This document shows, piece by piece, positions 9,424-19,657 of a stretch of DNA of 64,000 nucleotides. The first letter of the stretch is position 1, and the number at the start of each line of letters is the position of its first letter. Made by a program: the position numbers and the translations under genes. Source of the DNA: an uncultured Candidatus Rokubacteria bacterium (GTDB lineage Bacteria > Methylomirabilota > Methylomirabilia > Rokubacteriales > CSP1-6); NCBI GenBank assembly GCA_963758635.1, contig CAVWWD010000006.1, positions 256,001-320,000 on the forward strand, read 5' to 3'. A model generated the notes under the pieces. It saw nothing but the letters and a program-made list of their open reading frames with translations. It was not told the origin of the DNA and made no database searches.

Positions 9424-10995
9424 ATGAACTCCACCAGCCCGGACGTGACCATCCCGACGTCTCGATCACCGAGTACGTGCTCCGGCACGCGGCGCGGCTC
9501 CGCGACAAGCCCGCGCTGATCGACGGGCCCACCGGACGCACGCTGACCTACGGCCAGCTCGCGGGCGGCGTCCGCCGCGTGGCGGCGGGGCTCGCCGCGC
9601 GCGGGTTCAGGAAGGGCGACGTGTTCGCGATCTACAGCCCGAACCTGCCCGAGTACGGCGTGGTCATGCTCGCCGTCGCCTCGCTCGGCGGGGTCACCAC
9701 CACCGCCAACCCGCTCTACACCGCCGACGAGCTGGCCAAGCAGCTCTCGGACTGCCGCGCGCGCTTCCTCGTCACGGTGCCGGCGTTCCTCGACAAGGCC
9801 AGGGAGGCGGCGGCGCAAGAGCGGGGTGGAGGAGGTCTTCGTCTTCGGCGAGGCGGCGGGCGCGCGCCCGTTCAGCGAGCTGCTCCAGGCGGGCGACGCG
9901 CCGCCGGCGGTGCGCGATCGATCCGGCGAACGACATCGTCGTGCTCCCGTACTCGAGCGGGACCACGGGCTGCCCAAGGGCGTGATGCTCACCCACCGGA
10001 ACCTGGTGGCCAACCTCTGCCAGTGCGAGGGCATGGAGGACTTCGAGTCGCTTCGGCGAGCGCGACATCATGATCGCGGTGCTGCCGTTCTTCCACATCT
10101 ACGGCATGGTCGTGATCATGATGCTCGGCCTGGCCGGCGGCGGCACCATCGTGGTCATGCCGCGGTTCGACATGGCGGAGTTCCTCGGCCTCGTGCAGAA
10201 GCACAAGGCCACCGTCCTGCCGCTCGTGCCGCCCATCGTGCTCGGGCCTGGTGAAGCACCCCATGGTGGCGCAGTTCGACCTCTCGAGCGTGCGGCTCGT
10301 CTTCTCCGGCGCGGCGCCGCTCGGCGAGGACATGGCGCGCGAGCTCAGCGCGAAGCTCGGCTGCCCGGTCGTGCAGGGCTACGGCATGACCGAGGCGAGC
10401 CCGGTGACGCATCTGAGCCCCACGCGAACGCGCCGTTCCGGCCGGGCTCGGCCGGGCGCATCGTGCCCAACACCAGGTGAAGATCGTGGACATCGTGAGC
10501 GGCGCGGAGGTGCCCGGCGGGCCAGGAGGGCGAGCTCCTGATCCGCGGGCCCGCAGATCATGAAGGGCTACCTGGGGCGCCCGAGGACACCGCGGCCTGC
10601 ATCGACGGCGAGGGCTGGTACCACACCGGCGACGTGGGTACGTCGACCCCGACGGCTACTTCTTCATCGTCGACCGCACCAAGGAGCTCATCAAGTACAA
10701 GGGCCTGCAGGTGGCGCCCGCCGAGCTCGAGGCCCTGCTCCTCACGCATCCCGCGGTGCTCGACGCCGCCGTGGTGCGCAAGGCGGACGATGAGGCGGGC
10801 GAGGTGCCCAAGGCCTACGTGGTGCTGAAGCCCGACGACGCCTCCCGCGCCACCGGCGGCGACGCCATCATGGGCTGGGTGGCCCAGCGCGTGGCTCCGC
10901 ACAAGCGCATCCGCCACCTCGAGTTCATCGACCAGATCCCGAAGTCGGCGTCGGGCAAGATCCTGCGCCGCGTGCTGATCGACCGCGACCGCTGA
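9424..10995 (+). CDS. AMP-dependent acyl-CoA ligase (4-coumarate-CoA ligase-like), several frameshifts
   Basis: [52 protein letters not shown]. Confidence 0.9.
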
Positions 10996-11299
10996 GGAGG
11001 CCCGGCGAAGAGGCGCGACGCCCGCGGCTCGCGGAATCCGCGGGCGGCGTGGGCGGCTCAGATCGCGGCGTGCAGGAGCTCTTCGCTCCTATCCATCTCC
11101 TCCCGCGCCTTGGCGATCATCCGATCGACGTCGTCGGGGGGATCTGGATCCCGTCGAGGGTCCAGCTCCCGTCGATCGCGTGGCGCTCGGAGAGGTCTCC
11201 GAGGCCCGGCGCACAGGCCGAACGATGTTCTCGGCGAGCTGGACCAGCTTCCGCGCGGCGAACCGCAGCGATCGGGGTGCCACCTCCGCCAGTTTCAGG

Positions 11300-11844
11300 C
11301 CCTTGGCGTTCCACCTCGTGAGGGAGGACGCTTGCCGCCGAGCGCAGGCACGGGGATCGTGTCGACCACGCTCGGGCAGGCCCCATCCGACGAAGCGATG
11401 CGAGAGACCACTGATTTCATCGGCCGATCTGCCCCACCATTGCTCGACCGTGATCACGAGCCGAGCTCCTCGGGCTGAACAGCTCAAGAAGGGCTCGCTC
11501 AATGCGAAGCCCGTGTTGGCAAGCCGTGGCAGGCAGCCGACGCGATATGGCTGCCCTCTCACGTTCCATGTCCGGGCCAACGAGAGCGGACCATGTCGTG
11601 GAGCGGACCAGGCATAGGCGCCCTATATCCTGCTCGTCGATGGGCCTGCCCGTGAGCGCAGACTAGGCCGAAAGTCACCGAAGAAGAGGAGCTTGTTAAG
11701 CTTCACGAGCCCGAACCCGTGTCGCTCTCGAGAGATCGACGCGAGATAGAGCACGAGCTCGCGCAGACGCCCATCATCGACGATGGGGTGGGCCTTGCGC
11801 GCCTGATATGGCGTGGTCCTTCGTTTGAGAGGGATGCGCGCCAT
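11300..11844 (-). pseudogene. Panacea/SocA (DUF4065)-like antitoxin, degraded
   Basis: RLRELVLYL...FGLVKLNKLLFFGDF and, in another frame, WWGRSADEISGLSHRFVGW; multiple frame breaks. Confidence 0.6.
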
Positions 11845-11901
11845 GGCGTCAACTATGGCAGGCCGGCCCACGCAGCGTTTCCAGCGGTGTCGACCGAAGG
11901 C

Positions 11902-13215
11902 CTAGTCGGCCGCCGCCGCCACGCCCGCGGTCACCCGGGCCGGGAGGCGCAGCGTGAAGGTGCTCCCGCGGCCGGGCGCGCTCTCGACGGTGATGTCGCC
12001 GCCCATCATGCGGCAGAAGCTGGCGGCTGATCGCGAGGCCGAGCCCGGTGCCGCCGAACCTGCGGCGTGGTGGACGCCTCGGCCTGGGAGAACGCCTGGA
12101 AGAGGCGCGCCATCTGCTCCGGAGTCATCCCGATGCCGGTGTCCGACACCGGACGACGATCGAGTCGCCGTCCGCGCCCGCGACCCGGGCGCCGGCGAGG
12201 GTGACCCGCCCGCGCTCGGTGAACTTGACGGCGTTGCTGGCGAGGTTGAGCAGCGCCTGACGGATGCGCGTGGGGTCGCCGTGCATCGAGCCGAGGTCCG
12301 GGCGCGCACTCGATCGAGAGCTCGTTGCCGTTCTTCTCGGCGAGCGGCGCGCACCGTGCTCGCCACGTCCGCGACGAGGGCGCCGACCGCGAACGACTCG
12401 AGGTAGAGCTCCATCCGGCCCGCCTCGATCTTGGACAGGTCGAGGATGTCGTTGATGAGCGCGAGCAGGTGGTGGGCCGCGCGCGTGATCCGCTCCAGCG
12501 GGCTCGACGCTCTCCGCGGCCCCGACGCGCGGCGTCCTCGTGCAGCATGTCGCGTGACGCCGATGATGGCGTTCATCGGCGTGCGCAGCTCGTGGCTCAT
12601 GTTCGCGAGGAACTGGGACTTGTGCCGGCTCGCCTGCTCGAGCTCGTGGAACTGGGTGGCGTTCTCCACCGCGATCGCCGCCTGGGCGGCGAAGGTCTGG
12701 AGGAGGTGGATCTGCCGCTCCGAGAACGGCCGCGGCGCCGCCCGCGCGACCCCGATGGCGCCGATGCCACGGTCGCTCCGCACCATCGGCACGAAGAGCC
12801 CGGCCCGGAACCCGAGCGCGCGCGCGAACCGCCGGGTCAGGTCGGTCACGTTCGGGTCGGTCTCCACGTCGGGGAAGTGCAAGACGCGCTTCTCGAGGAT
12901 CACGCGGCCGGGCAGGTTCGACGCGACGAGGGGGAGCGGGTAGGCGGCGTTCGCCGCCGCCACCGTGGCGGGATCGACGCCGGGGACCTCGGCGAAGTTC
13001 GACGCGGCCAGGCGCACCTGGCCCCCCTCGGCCAGGAACACGTTCGCGAAGAGGCCGTCGCAGAGGCGGATCGCGTGGCGCATGATCGCCTCGAGCACCG
13101 GCCCCGCGTCCCCGCGCGAGCTGGCGATCAGGCGGAGGATCTCCAGCGTGGTCGCCTGCTCGTCCCGCGCCTGGCGGAGCGGAGACGGCTCGCCGGTGCG
13201 CCCCCGCCGCGTCAC
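11902..13215 (-). CDS. GAF-domain sensor histidine kinase, frameshifted
   Basis: GAF ([22 protein letters not shown]), H-box [31 protein letters not shown]. Confidence 0.9.
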   Translation of the reverse strand: MTRRGRTGEPSPLRQARDEQATTLEILRLIASSRGDAGPVLEAIMRHAIRLCDGLFANVFLAEGGQVRLAASNFAEVPGVDPATVAAANAAYPLPLVASNLPGRVILEKRVLHFPDVETDPNVTDLTRRFARALGFRAGLFVPMVRSDRGIGAIGVARAAPRPFSERQIHLLQTFAAQAAIAVENATQFHELEQASRHKSQFLANMSHELRTPMNAIIGVTRHAARGRRASGPRRASSPLERITRAAHHLLALINDILDLSKIEAGRMELYLESFAVGALVADVASTVRAARREERQRALDRVRARTSARCTATPRASVRRCSTSPATPSSSPSAGGSPSPAPGSRARTATRSSSGVGHRHRDDSGADGAPLPGVLPGRGVHHAAGSAAPGSASRSAASFCRMMGGDITVESAPGRGSTFTLRLPARVTAGVAAAAD

Positions 13216-14702
13216 CGGCGCGGCGCCTCGCCGGCCGGAGCGGGCGCGATGCTCTGCTCGTAGTCGAAGAGCGTCGTGGAGTTGTAGCGCTGCTTCACCT
13301 GCAGGAGCTTCCCGAACACGTCGCCCCAGTACTGCCGGCGATAGTCGGTGAGAGTCCGCCGCGGATAGTTCTGGTAGACGGAGCCGTTCCAGTACGGCTG
13401 CATCAGGGCCACGAAGCCGTCGAGCCAGGCCACCGCCCGATCCCGCTCCTCGGGATGGAACCAGAAGGAGTCGATGAAGAGGTCCATGTCCACGTCGCGG
13501 TGGATGAACGCGTTGCCCGTCCGCGGATAGCGGTTGATCGTGCCCCCGTAGGGCTCGATGACGATCATGTCGTCCACGCTGGGACGCGTCATGTAGTAGG
13601 CGATGATGCGGCCCCAGTCCGCGGCGGTGAGCGGCCTGGCGATGTACCCGGCCTGCTTGTCCTCCATGGGCACCACGTCCACGGGCGGGATCCCGTCCGG
13701 ATACTCCAGCAGCTTCTGGTTGAGCGCGTAGTAGGAGCCGACCTCGTCGATCTGGAGCGGCTGCACGCCCGGGGTCTGCAGGAGCGGCTTCAGCTCGTTC
13801 AGGCCGTCGTTGCGCGCGCCCACGTACATGCCGCGCATGAGCAGCCACGGGCCGTCCTTCTGCTCGGTGACGATGGTCATGTACCCGAGCCGGTCGGAGG
13901 CGCCCGTGCGCATGAAGCCCTTCTGCATCGCGACCAGCGCGTCCGGCGCGTGATCGAGGCGCCAGCGCAGGCCGAACCCCCACACCGACGGCAGCTCGTG
14001 GAGCCGGTACACGACGTTGATGAGCACCCCGAGGTTGTTGCCGGTGCCGCCCCGGATCGCCCAGAAGAGGTCGGCGGCGTCCTTCTCGTCGGCGATGACC
14101 AGCCCGCGGTCCGGGGTCAGGACGCGCACGGACAGGACGTTGTCGCAGTTCATGCCGAAGGCGCGGGAGGTGAAGCCGTAGCCGCCCCCCTGCATGTAAC
14201 CGCCCACGTAGAAGTCCTCGCAGCCTCCGCCCGGCACGTGCAGGCCGTAGCCGTTGAGCTCGGCGTTGACCTTGCCGAAGTTGGCCCCCGCGCCCACGCG
14301 CGCGGTCAGGGACGCCTGGTCCACGATCACGTAGTCGTAGCTGCTCATGTCGAGCACGAGCCCTTCGTTGACGGAGAAGCCCGCGGTGCTGTGGCCGCCC
14401 GAGCGGCAGGCGATCTTCCAGCCGTACTGGCGGGCCCAGTCGAGGCACTGCCGGATGTCGTCCAGGACCTCGCAGTACGCGATGACCTTCGGAAAGGCCT
14501 GGAAGGCCGGATTCGACTCCTGGCGGTCCTTGTCGTAACCGGGCGAGGTGGGATAGACGAGGGTGCCGCGGAAGCTCCCCTCGAGCGTTTCCACCGCCTG
14601 GCGGTCGAGCCCGAGGCGGGTGAGGGCCGCGGCGTCAGCGCGCCCGAGGGCCTGGAGCCGGCTCTCCTTCGCCTGACGCCATCTGGACTTGAAAAAGGCC
14701 AT
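13212..14702 (-). CDS. FAD-binding oxidoreductase, berberine bridge enzyme-like
   Basis: RSGGHS covalent-FAD motif, [15 protein letters not shown]-terminal YQNY..YWG BBE motif. Confidence 0.9.
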   Translation of the reverse strand: MAFFKSRWRQAKESRLQALGRADAAALTRLGLDRQAVETLEGSFRGTLVYPTSPGYDKDRQESNPAFQAFPKVIAYCEVLDDIRQCLDWARQYGWKIACRSGGHSTAGFSVNEGLVLDMSSYDYVIVDQASLTARVGAGANFGKVNAELNGYGLHVPGGGCEDFYVGGYMQGGGYGFTSRAFGMNCDNVLSVRVLTPDRGLVIADEKDAADLFWAIRGGTGNNLGVLINVVYRLHELPSVWGFGLRWRLDHAPDALVAMQKGFMRTGASDRLGYMTIVTEQKDGPWLLMRGMYVGARNDGLNELKPLLQTPGVQPLQIDEVGSYYALNQKLLEYPDGIPPVDVVPMEDKQAGYIARPLTAADWGRIIAYYMTRPSVDDMIVIEPYGGTINRYPRTGNAFIHRDVDMDLFIDSFWFHPEERDRAVAWLDGFVALMQPYWNGSVYQNYPRRTLTDYRRQYWGDVFGKLLQVKQRYNSTTLFDYEQSIAPAPAGEAPRR

Positions 14703-14957
14703 GCTGGCTCCTCGTCGCGCGGCGCGGCGGCGGCTCCGCAGCGCCACGCCGTCGAAATCGGCGGCACACCGTGGCTTCGAGCAGGGCGAGAATCGCCTTC
14801 GACCGCGGGGCAAGTCAAGCGGGGGAACCCCCTCCTTGCGCTCCGCGGCGCGATGGCCGATGCTCGGCGCGCGGCACGATGCGCGCGCCGGACGTCAGTG
14901 GTCACGGCGCGACGCTCGGCGGCGCTCGATCCACCGCTCGTCGAAAAGGAGCCTTGC

Positions 14958-16268
14958 GTGAGCGATCGCCAGAACTTCGTGTTCATCCTCGCCGACGACC
15001 TGGGCTGGGCCGACCTCGGCTGCTACGGGGGCCGGGAGCCCTGCTCGCCCGCGCTCGACCGGCTGGCCGCGGAGGGCCTGCGCTTCACCAACGGCTACTC
15101 GAACTCGCCGGTGTGCTCGCCCACGCGCTTCGCCCTCATCACGGGCCGCTTCCAGTACCGGCTGCGCGCCGGCAACGACGAGCCCATCGCGAGCCGGCAC
15201 CGCGGCAACGCCGAGCTGGGGCTGCCGCCCGCGCATCCCACGCTGCCCTCGATCCTCCGCGACGCCGGCTACACCACGGCGCTGGCCGGCAAGTGGCACC
15301 TCGGCTTCCTGCCGCACTTCGGCCCGCTCAAGAGCGGCTACGGCGAGTTCTTCGGCCCGATGAGCGGCGGGCTCGACTACTTCACGCACCGCGACTCCGC
15401 GGGCAACCACGACCTCTTCGAGGGCGAGAAGGAGTCGCACGTCGAGGGCTACCTGACCGACCTGATCTCCGATCGGGCGGTGCAGTTCATCGAGCGGCAG
15501 CGCGGGCGGCGCGAGCCGTTCTTCCTGTCCGTGCACTACACGGCGCCGCACTGGCCGTGGGAGACGCGCGCCGACGAGACGCTGGCCCGCGGCCTCGAGC
15601 GCATCTCCCACACCGACGGCGGCTCGGTGGCCACGTACCTCGCGATGGTCCGGCACATGGACGAGGGCATCGGCCGCATCCTCGCCGCGCTCGCCGCCAC
15701 CGGCGCCGCGGACAGCACGCTGGTCGTGTTCACGAGCGACAACGGCGGCGAGCGCTTCTCGGACACGTGGCCGCTCGTCGGCAAGAAGATGGACCTGCTG
15801 GAAGGCGGGATCCGCGTGCCGTACATCGTCCGCTGGCCCGGGCGCATCCGGCCCGGCGGCGTCACGGCGCAGCTCGCGATCACCATGGACTGGGTGCCGA
15901 CGTTCCTCGAGGCAGCGGGAGCGGCGCCGCATCCCGACTATCCGCTCGACGGCATGAGCCTCCTGCCCGTGCTCGAGCGGCCCGAGGCCCCGGTGGATCG
16001 CGAGCTCTTCTGGCGCATGAAGTTCCGCGACCAGCGCGCGATGCGCTCCGGCCCGTGGAAGTACCTCTCGCTGGAAGGCGACGAGTTCCTCTTCGACCTC
16101 TCACGCGATCAGCGCGAGCGCGCCAACCTCGTCCGCCGCGAGCCCGCGCGCCTGGCCGCCATGCGCGCCCGCTACGACGCCTGGGAAGCCACCGTTCCGG
16201 CCCTCCCTGCCGACGCCACGTTCAGCATCCCGTACACCAAGGCCGACCTCGCCCGGCCCTCCGGCTGA
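14958..16268 (+). CDS. Sulfatase (Cys-type, formylglycine-dependent)
   Basis: NFVFILADDLG, CSPTR, GKWHLG, FTSDNG, EGGIRVP. Confidence 0.93.
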   Translation: MSDRQNFVFILADDLGWADLGCYGGREPCSPALDRLAAEGLRFTNGYSNSPVCSPTRFALITGRFQYRLRAGNDEPIASRHRGNAELGLPPAHPTLPSILRDAGYTTALAGKWHLGFLPHFGPLKSGYGEFFGPMSGGLDYFTHRDSAGNHDLFEGEKESHVEGYLTDLISDRAVQFIERQRGRREPFFLSVHYTAPHWPWETRADETLARGLERISHTDGGSVATYLAMVRHMDEGIGRILAALAATGAADSTLVVFTSDNGGERFSDTWPLVGKKMDLLEGGIRVPYIVRWPGRIRPGGVTAQLAITMDWVPTFLEAAGAAPHPDYPLDGMSLLPVLERPEAPVDRELFWRMKFRDQRAMRSGPWKYLSLEGDEFLFDLSRDQRERANLVRREPARLAAMRARYDAWEATVPALPADATFSIPYTKADLARPSG

Positions 16269-16394
16269 AGGCCCGAGGCGAGCGCGTCCAAGTCGATAGC
16301 GAGCGGGCGGTGGCGCCGAAGCTGGTCGGTCACCGTCTTTCCGCGCAAGCTCCCGCGCGGACCCGCCGCGCCGCAGTCGAGTTACAGTACATCG

Positions 16395-16612
16395 AAACAG
16401 CCTGCGGATTGCGGATTCCGCGGTCCTTTGCCGCCGAGGCTCAGGTGGAGGAAGGAGTGACTGTGGATCTGTCGGTTGAGAATGGGCAACTCTTGGTCCG
16501 ACCACTCCGGGTGCGCAGGTATTCGCTGAACCTACTCCTCCGCAAAGTAAGCCGGCGAAACCTGCACGGCGAGATCGCGACGGGGAGCACAGTCGGCCGC
16601 GAGGCGTGGTAG
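16395..16612 (+). pseudogene. mazE: MazE/AbrB-family antitoxin lacking its N-terminus
   Basis: NSL/GLRIPRSFAAE...YSLNLLLRKVSRRNLHGEIATGSTVGREAW; no start region. Confidence 0.75.
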
Positions 16613-16775
16613 TGGCGGCCTATGTGCCCGCGCGCGGGGACCTTATTTGGCTTCAGTTCAACCCCCAAGCGGGCCACGAACAAGCGGGCCATCGCCCCGC
16701 TGTGGTCATCTCCCCGAGTTCATACAACCGTCGCGTGGGCTTGGCTCTCTGCTGCCCAGTCATCAGGTGAAGGGA
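16612..16775 (+). pseudogene. mazF: MazF endoribonuclease toxin, truncated after about 52 codons
   Basis: MAAYVPARGDLIWLQFNPQAGHEQAGHRPAVVISPSSYNRRVGLALCCPV; the sequence then switches to another gene. Confidence 0.85.
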
Positions 16776-16789
16776 GATTCAAGTGCTGT

Positions 16790-17035
16790 TCCGCATGCGA
16801 ACTTGGACTTCGAGGCGATATTTCAGATAGATCAAAGCCTACTGGCGGTGGCCGAACGACATCCAGCTGCTGCTGAAGACTTGCGGGATACCAGTCGGCA
16901 GACATCGCGCTCACGGACGTGCAGAAGGCAGAGCTCGATCGGCGCTTGGAAGATCTCGCGCAGCACCCCGATGAAGGGGAACCCTGGGAGGTAGTCCGGG
17001 CCCGGCTATACGTGCGCCTGAAGCGTGGCGAGTGA
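16790..17035 (+). pseudogene. Addiction-module antitoxin component, degraded
   Basis: LTDVQKAELDRRLEDLAQHPDEG..WEVVRARL, directly upstream of a ParE-like gene. Confidence 0.7.
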
Positions 17036-17195
17036 CGCGCGAGGCTTCATCGTCCGCCCAGCTGCTGAAGCCGATATCGAGCAGGCGGCGCTGTGGTACG
17101 AACTGCGCTCAGTCGGTCTCGGGGCCGATTTCCTTCGGGCGCTCGATGTCTGTTTCGAGCAGATTCGGCGAGGTCCTGAGAGCTTCCAGCAAGCC
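17032..17195 (+). pseudogene. RelE/ParE-family toxin, N-terminal half only
   Basis: FIVRPAAEADIEQAALWYELRSVGLGADFLRALDVCFEQIRRGPE. Confidence 0.75.
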
Positions 17196-17788
17196 GGGCC
17201 GAAACGCCACCGGGGTGGCAGCCTATACCGGCATGGAGGTTTCCATCAAGCGGCACGAGTTCCTGCGCGAGATCGCACCGGCGGCTAAGCGCCTCTCCTG
17301 GATCTCCCAGCCGGCCCACAACCAAGACGTTCCGGGGCGCGCCGCTTGACCTGAAGGTTGACGCAGCGGTCAGACAGCTCGGCTATGAGCCACAGTTTCA
17401 CGTCGTACGAAAGACCGAGGACCTGGAAGGGGCGTTCTCGGAAATCGTCGCGTTCCGGGCGCAAGCCCTCTCGGTCGCGGGAAGCGTACTCCTCCACAAC
17501 GCCCGCCAGCGTATCGCCGACTTCGCGCTCGAGCATCGCCTTCCGAGCGCATCCATCATGCGCACGTTCGTCGAGGCAGGCGGCTTGCTTTCCTACAGCG
17601 TCGCCGGTGGGACGGGAGAACGAATGGCCGAATACGTCGACCGGATCCTTCGCGGCACGCGACCCGCCGACCTGCCGGTGGAGCGGCCGAGCCGCTACGA
17701 GCTGGTGATCAATTTGAAAACCGCCAAGGCGCTCCGACTGAAAGTCCCGCAGTCGATCCTGCTGCGCGCCGACCGGGTGATCGAGTGA
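17195..17788 (+). pseudogene. ABC transporter substrate-binding protein, C-terminal remnant
   Basis: PGRNATGV...FLREIAP...EAGGLLSY...YVDRILRGTRPADLPVERPSRYELVINLKTAKAL; N-terminus absent. Confidence 0.8.
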
Positions 17789-17930
17789 CGCGCGTAAGCG
17801 CGTGCACGGCACAACAAGTCGCGAGGCGCAATCACCAACGCACGCAAAGCGCGAACTCCGCGACGGGGTAGTCCCGCGCGGGAGCTTGCGCCGCCGTCCT
17901 CGCCCCAGGGTGGGTGTTTGCGAGTCCTCG

Positions 17931-18090
17931 TGTTGTGAGGGGCGCAGTAAACCTGGACCCGGCAGAGGACCTGCTTCGCGGCGCCGCGACTGCGCGCCCG
18001 CCGCTGAGGCCAGGCGTGATCCCCGCAGCGCAGTACGCCGAGATCCGCCGCCTCTTCCACGCCGAGCACTGGCGCATCGGCACCATCGTG
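17931..18090 (+). mobile_element. IS21-family left-end remnant (terminus plus the first ~25 codons of istA)
   Basis: MIPAAQYAEIRRLFHAEHWRIGTIV resembles IstA N-termini; upstream TGTTGTGAGGGGCGCAGTAAACCTGGACCC resembles a TG-starting terminal repeat. Confidence 0.6.
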
Positions 18091-18120
18091 AGAACGCGGG
18101 TCGGGTATATACTCGTCCAT

Positions 18121-18372
18121 ATGAAGCAGCAGCTCTTGATCGAGATCGACAAGGACATGGCGACGCAGCTCGAGCGCGTCGCCCCGACCCGTTCTCGGCG
18201 CCGGTCCGAGTTCATCCGTGCCGCGATCCGGCGGGCTCTGTGGGAACTCGAGGAACACGCCACCGCGCAGGCGTATGCGCGCCAGCCGGACTCGGCGAAG
18301 GAGGTGTATCTCGACGCGGCGGTCTGGGAGGCGCCCCCGCGGTCTCGATCTCGCCCACGACGTTGCCAGTGA
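18121..18372 (+). CDS. Ribbon-helix-helix antitoxin
   Basis: MKQQLLIEID...RSEFIRAAIRRAL; stop overlaps the toxin start (GTGA). Confidence 0.8.
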   Translation: MKQQLLIEIDKDMATQLERVAPTRSRRRSEFIRAAIRRALWELEEHATAQAYARQPDSAKEVYLDAAVWEAPPRSRSRPRRCQ

Positions 18373-18698
18373 GACAGTATGAGATTCGGTGGGCCAACCT
18401 TCCCGACCCAATCGGTCGGCGCCCGGTCCTGCTCTTGACGCGAACCCCGGCCTACGAGTACCTCACGAAGGTCGTCGTCGCCGAGATCACCACCACGGTG
18501 AGGGACATTCCCCAGGAGGTTCCGCTCGGGCGGCGGGAGGGGCTTGGCCGGCCCTCAGTCGCCAACCTCGACAACATCCACGTGATCCCGCTGGATCGCG
18601 TCGGTGAGCTAGTCGGGGTCCTCCCGAGCGCCCGGCACACCGAGGTCAAGCGCGCCGTTGGATATGCCCTTGACTGGCCCGAGCTGAAGGTGCTCTGA
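18369..18698 (+). CDS. PemK/MazF-family toxin
   Basis: EIRWANLPDPIGRRPVLLLTR...AEITTT...SVANLDNI. Confidence 0.88.
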   Translation: MRQYEIRWANLPDPIGRRPVLLLTRTPAYEYLTKVVVAEITTTVRDIPQEVPLGRREGLGRPSVANLDNIHVIPLDRVGELVGVLPSARHTEVKRAVGYALDWPELKVL

Positions 18699-18758
18699 GC
18701 GCCACCCGCCACCCCGCCGTCGAGCTGCTGCGCCCGAGGCGTTCGCGTTGCCACTAGT

Positions 18759-19649
18759 CTAGGACGGGGGCGCGTGGTCGAGCCACCAGCGGGCGATCTC
18801 GCTGCGGCGGGCGAACCAGACGCGGGGCATCGAGCGGACCTCGGCGAGGAAGCGGTCGAGGCCGGCGGCGCGGGCGGGGCGGCCGGCGATCCGGCAGTGC
18901 AGGCCGACCGACATCATGCGGGGGCACGTGGCGCCTTCCTCGTAGAGCGTGGCGAAGGCGTCGCGCAGGTAGCGGAAGAAGTCCTCGCCGTGGTTGAGGC
19001 CGCCGCGCCAGAAGCGGATGTCGTTGGTGTCGAGCGCGTAGGGCACGACCAGCCAGGGCCGGCCGTGCACGCGCGTGTAGTACGGCAGGTCGTCGTTGTA
19101 GGCGTCGGAGTCGTAGAGGAAGTGCCCGGAGGCGGCGACCAGCTCGCGCGTGTTCACGCTGGGGCCGTAGCGGCAGTACCAGCCGGCCGGCGCCTGGCCG
19201 GTGGTGCGCGTGATCGAGGCCACGGCGCGGTCGATGGCCGCGCTCTCGGCCTCGCGGTCGAGCAGGAAGTGCTCCTGCCAGCGGTCGCCGTGACCGAGCA
19301 CGTCGTGGCCGCCCGCGGTGATCGCCCGCGCCACCGCCGGGTTCTTCTCCAACGCCACCGCGCACGCGAAGAACGTGCTCTTCACGTCGTGCTTGTCGAA
19401 GATCCGGAGCAGCCGCCACACGCCGGCGCGGCTGCCGTACTCGAACATGGACTCGTTGGCGAGGTCGCGCGCGTCCGCGGGCACCGGCGACGGGGCCTCG
19501 GCGAGCATCTCCCGCCGGCCGTTGCCGTCCTCGTGCCGGTTCTCGGAGCCCTCCTCGTAGTTCACCACCAGGTTGATGGCCACCCGGGCCCCGCCCGGCC
19601 ATCCCACCACGGGCGGCCGCTCCCCGTAGCCGACGAGGTCGCGCTCCAT
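18759..19649 (-). CDS. Polysaccharide deacetylase family, allantoinase PuuE-like
   Basis: WPGGARVAINLVVNYEEGSE, ESMFEYGSRAGVWRL, YNDDLPY, MMSVGLHCRIAGRP. Confidence 0.88.
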   Translation of the reverse strand: MERDLVGYGERPPVVGWPGGARVAINLVVNYEEGSENRHEDGNGRREMLAEAPSPVPADARDLANESMFEYGSRAGVWRLLRIFDKHDVKSTFFACAVALEKNPAVARAITAGGHDVLGHGDRWQEHFLLDREAESAAIDRAVASITRTTGQAPAGWYCRYGPSVNTRELVAASGHFLYDSDAYNDDLPYYTRVHGRPWLVVPYALDTNDIRFWRGGLNHGEDFFRYLRDAFATLYEEGATCPRMMSVGLHCRIAGRPARAAGLDRFLAEVRSMPRVWFARRSEIARWWLDHAPPS

Positions 19650-19657
19650 GCCCGGGC

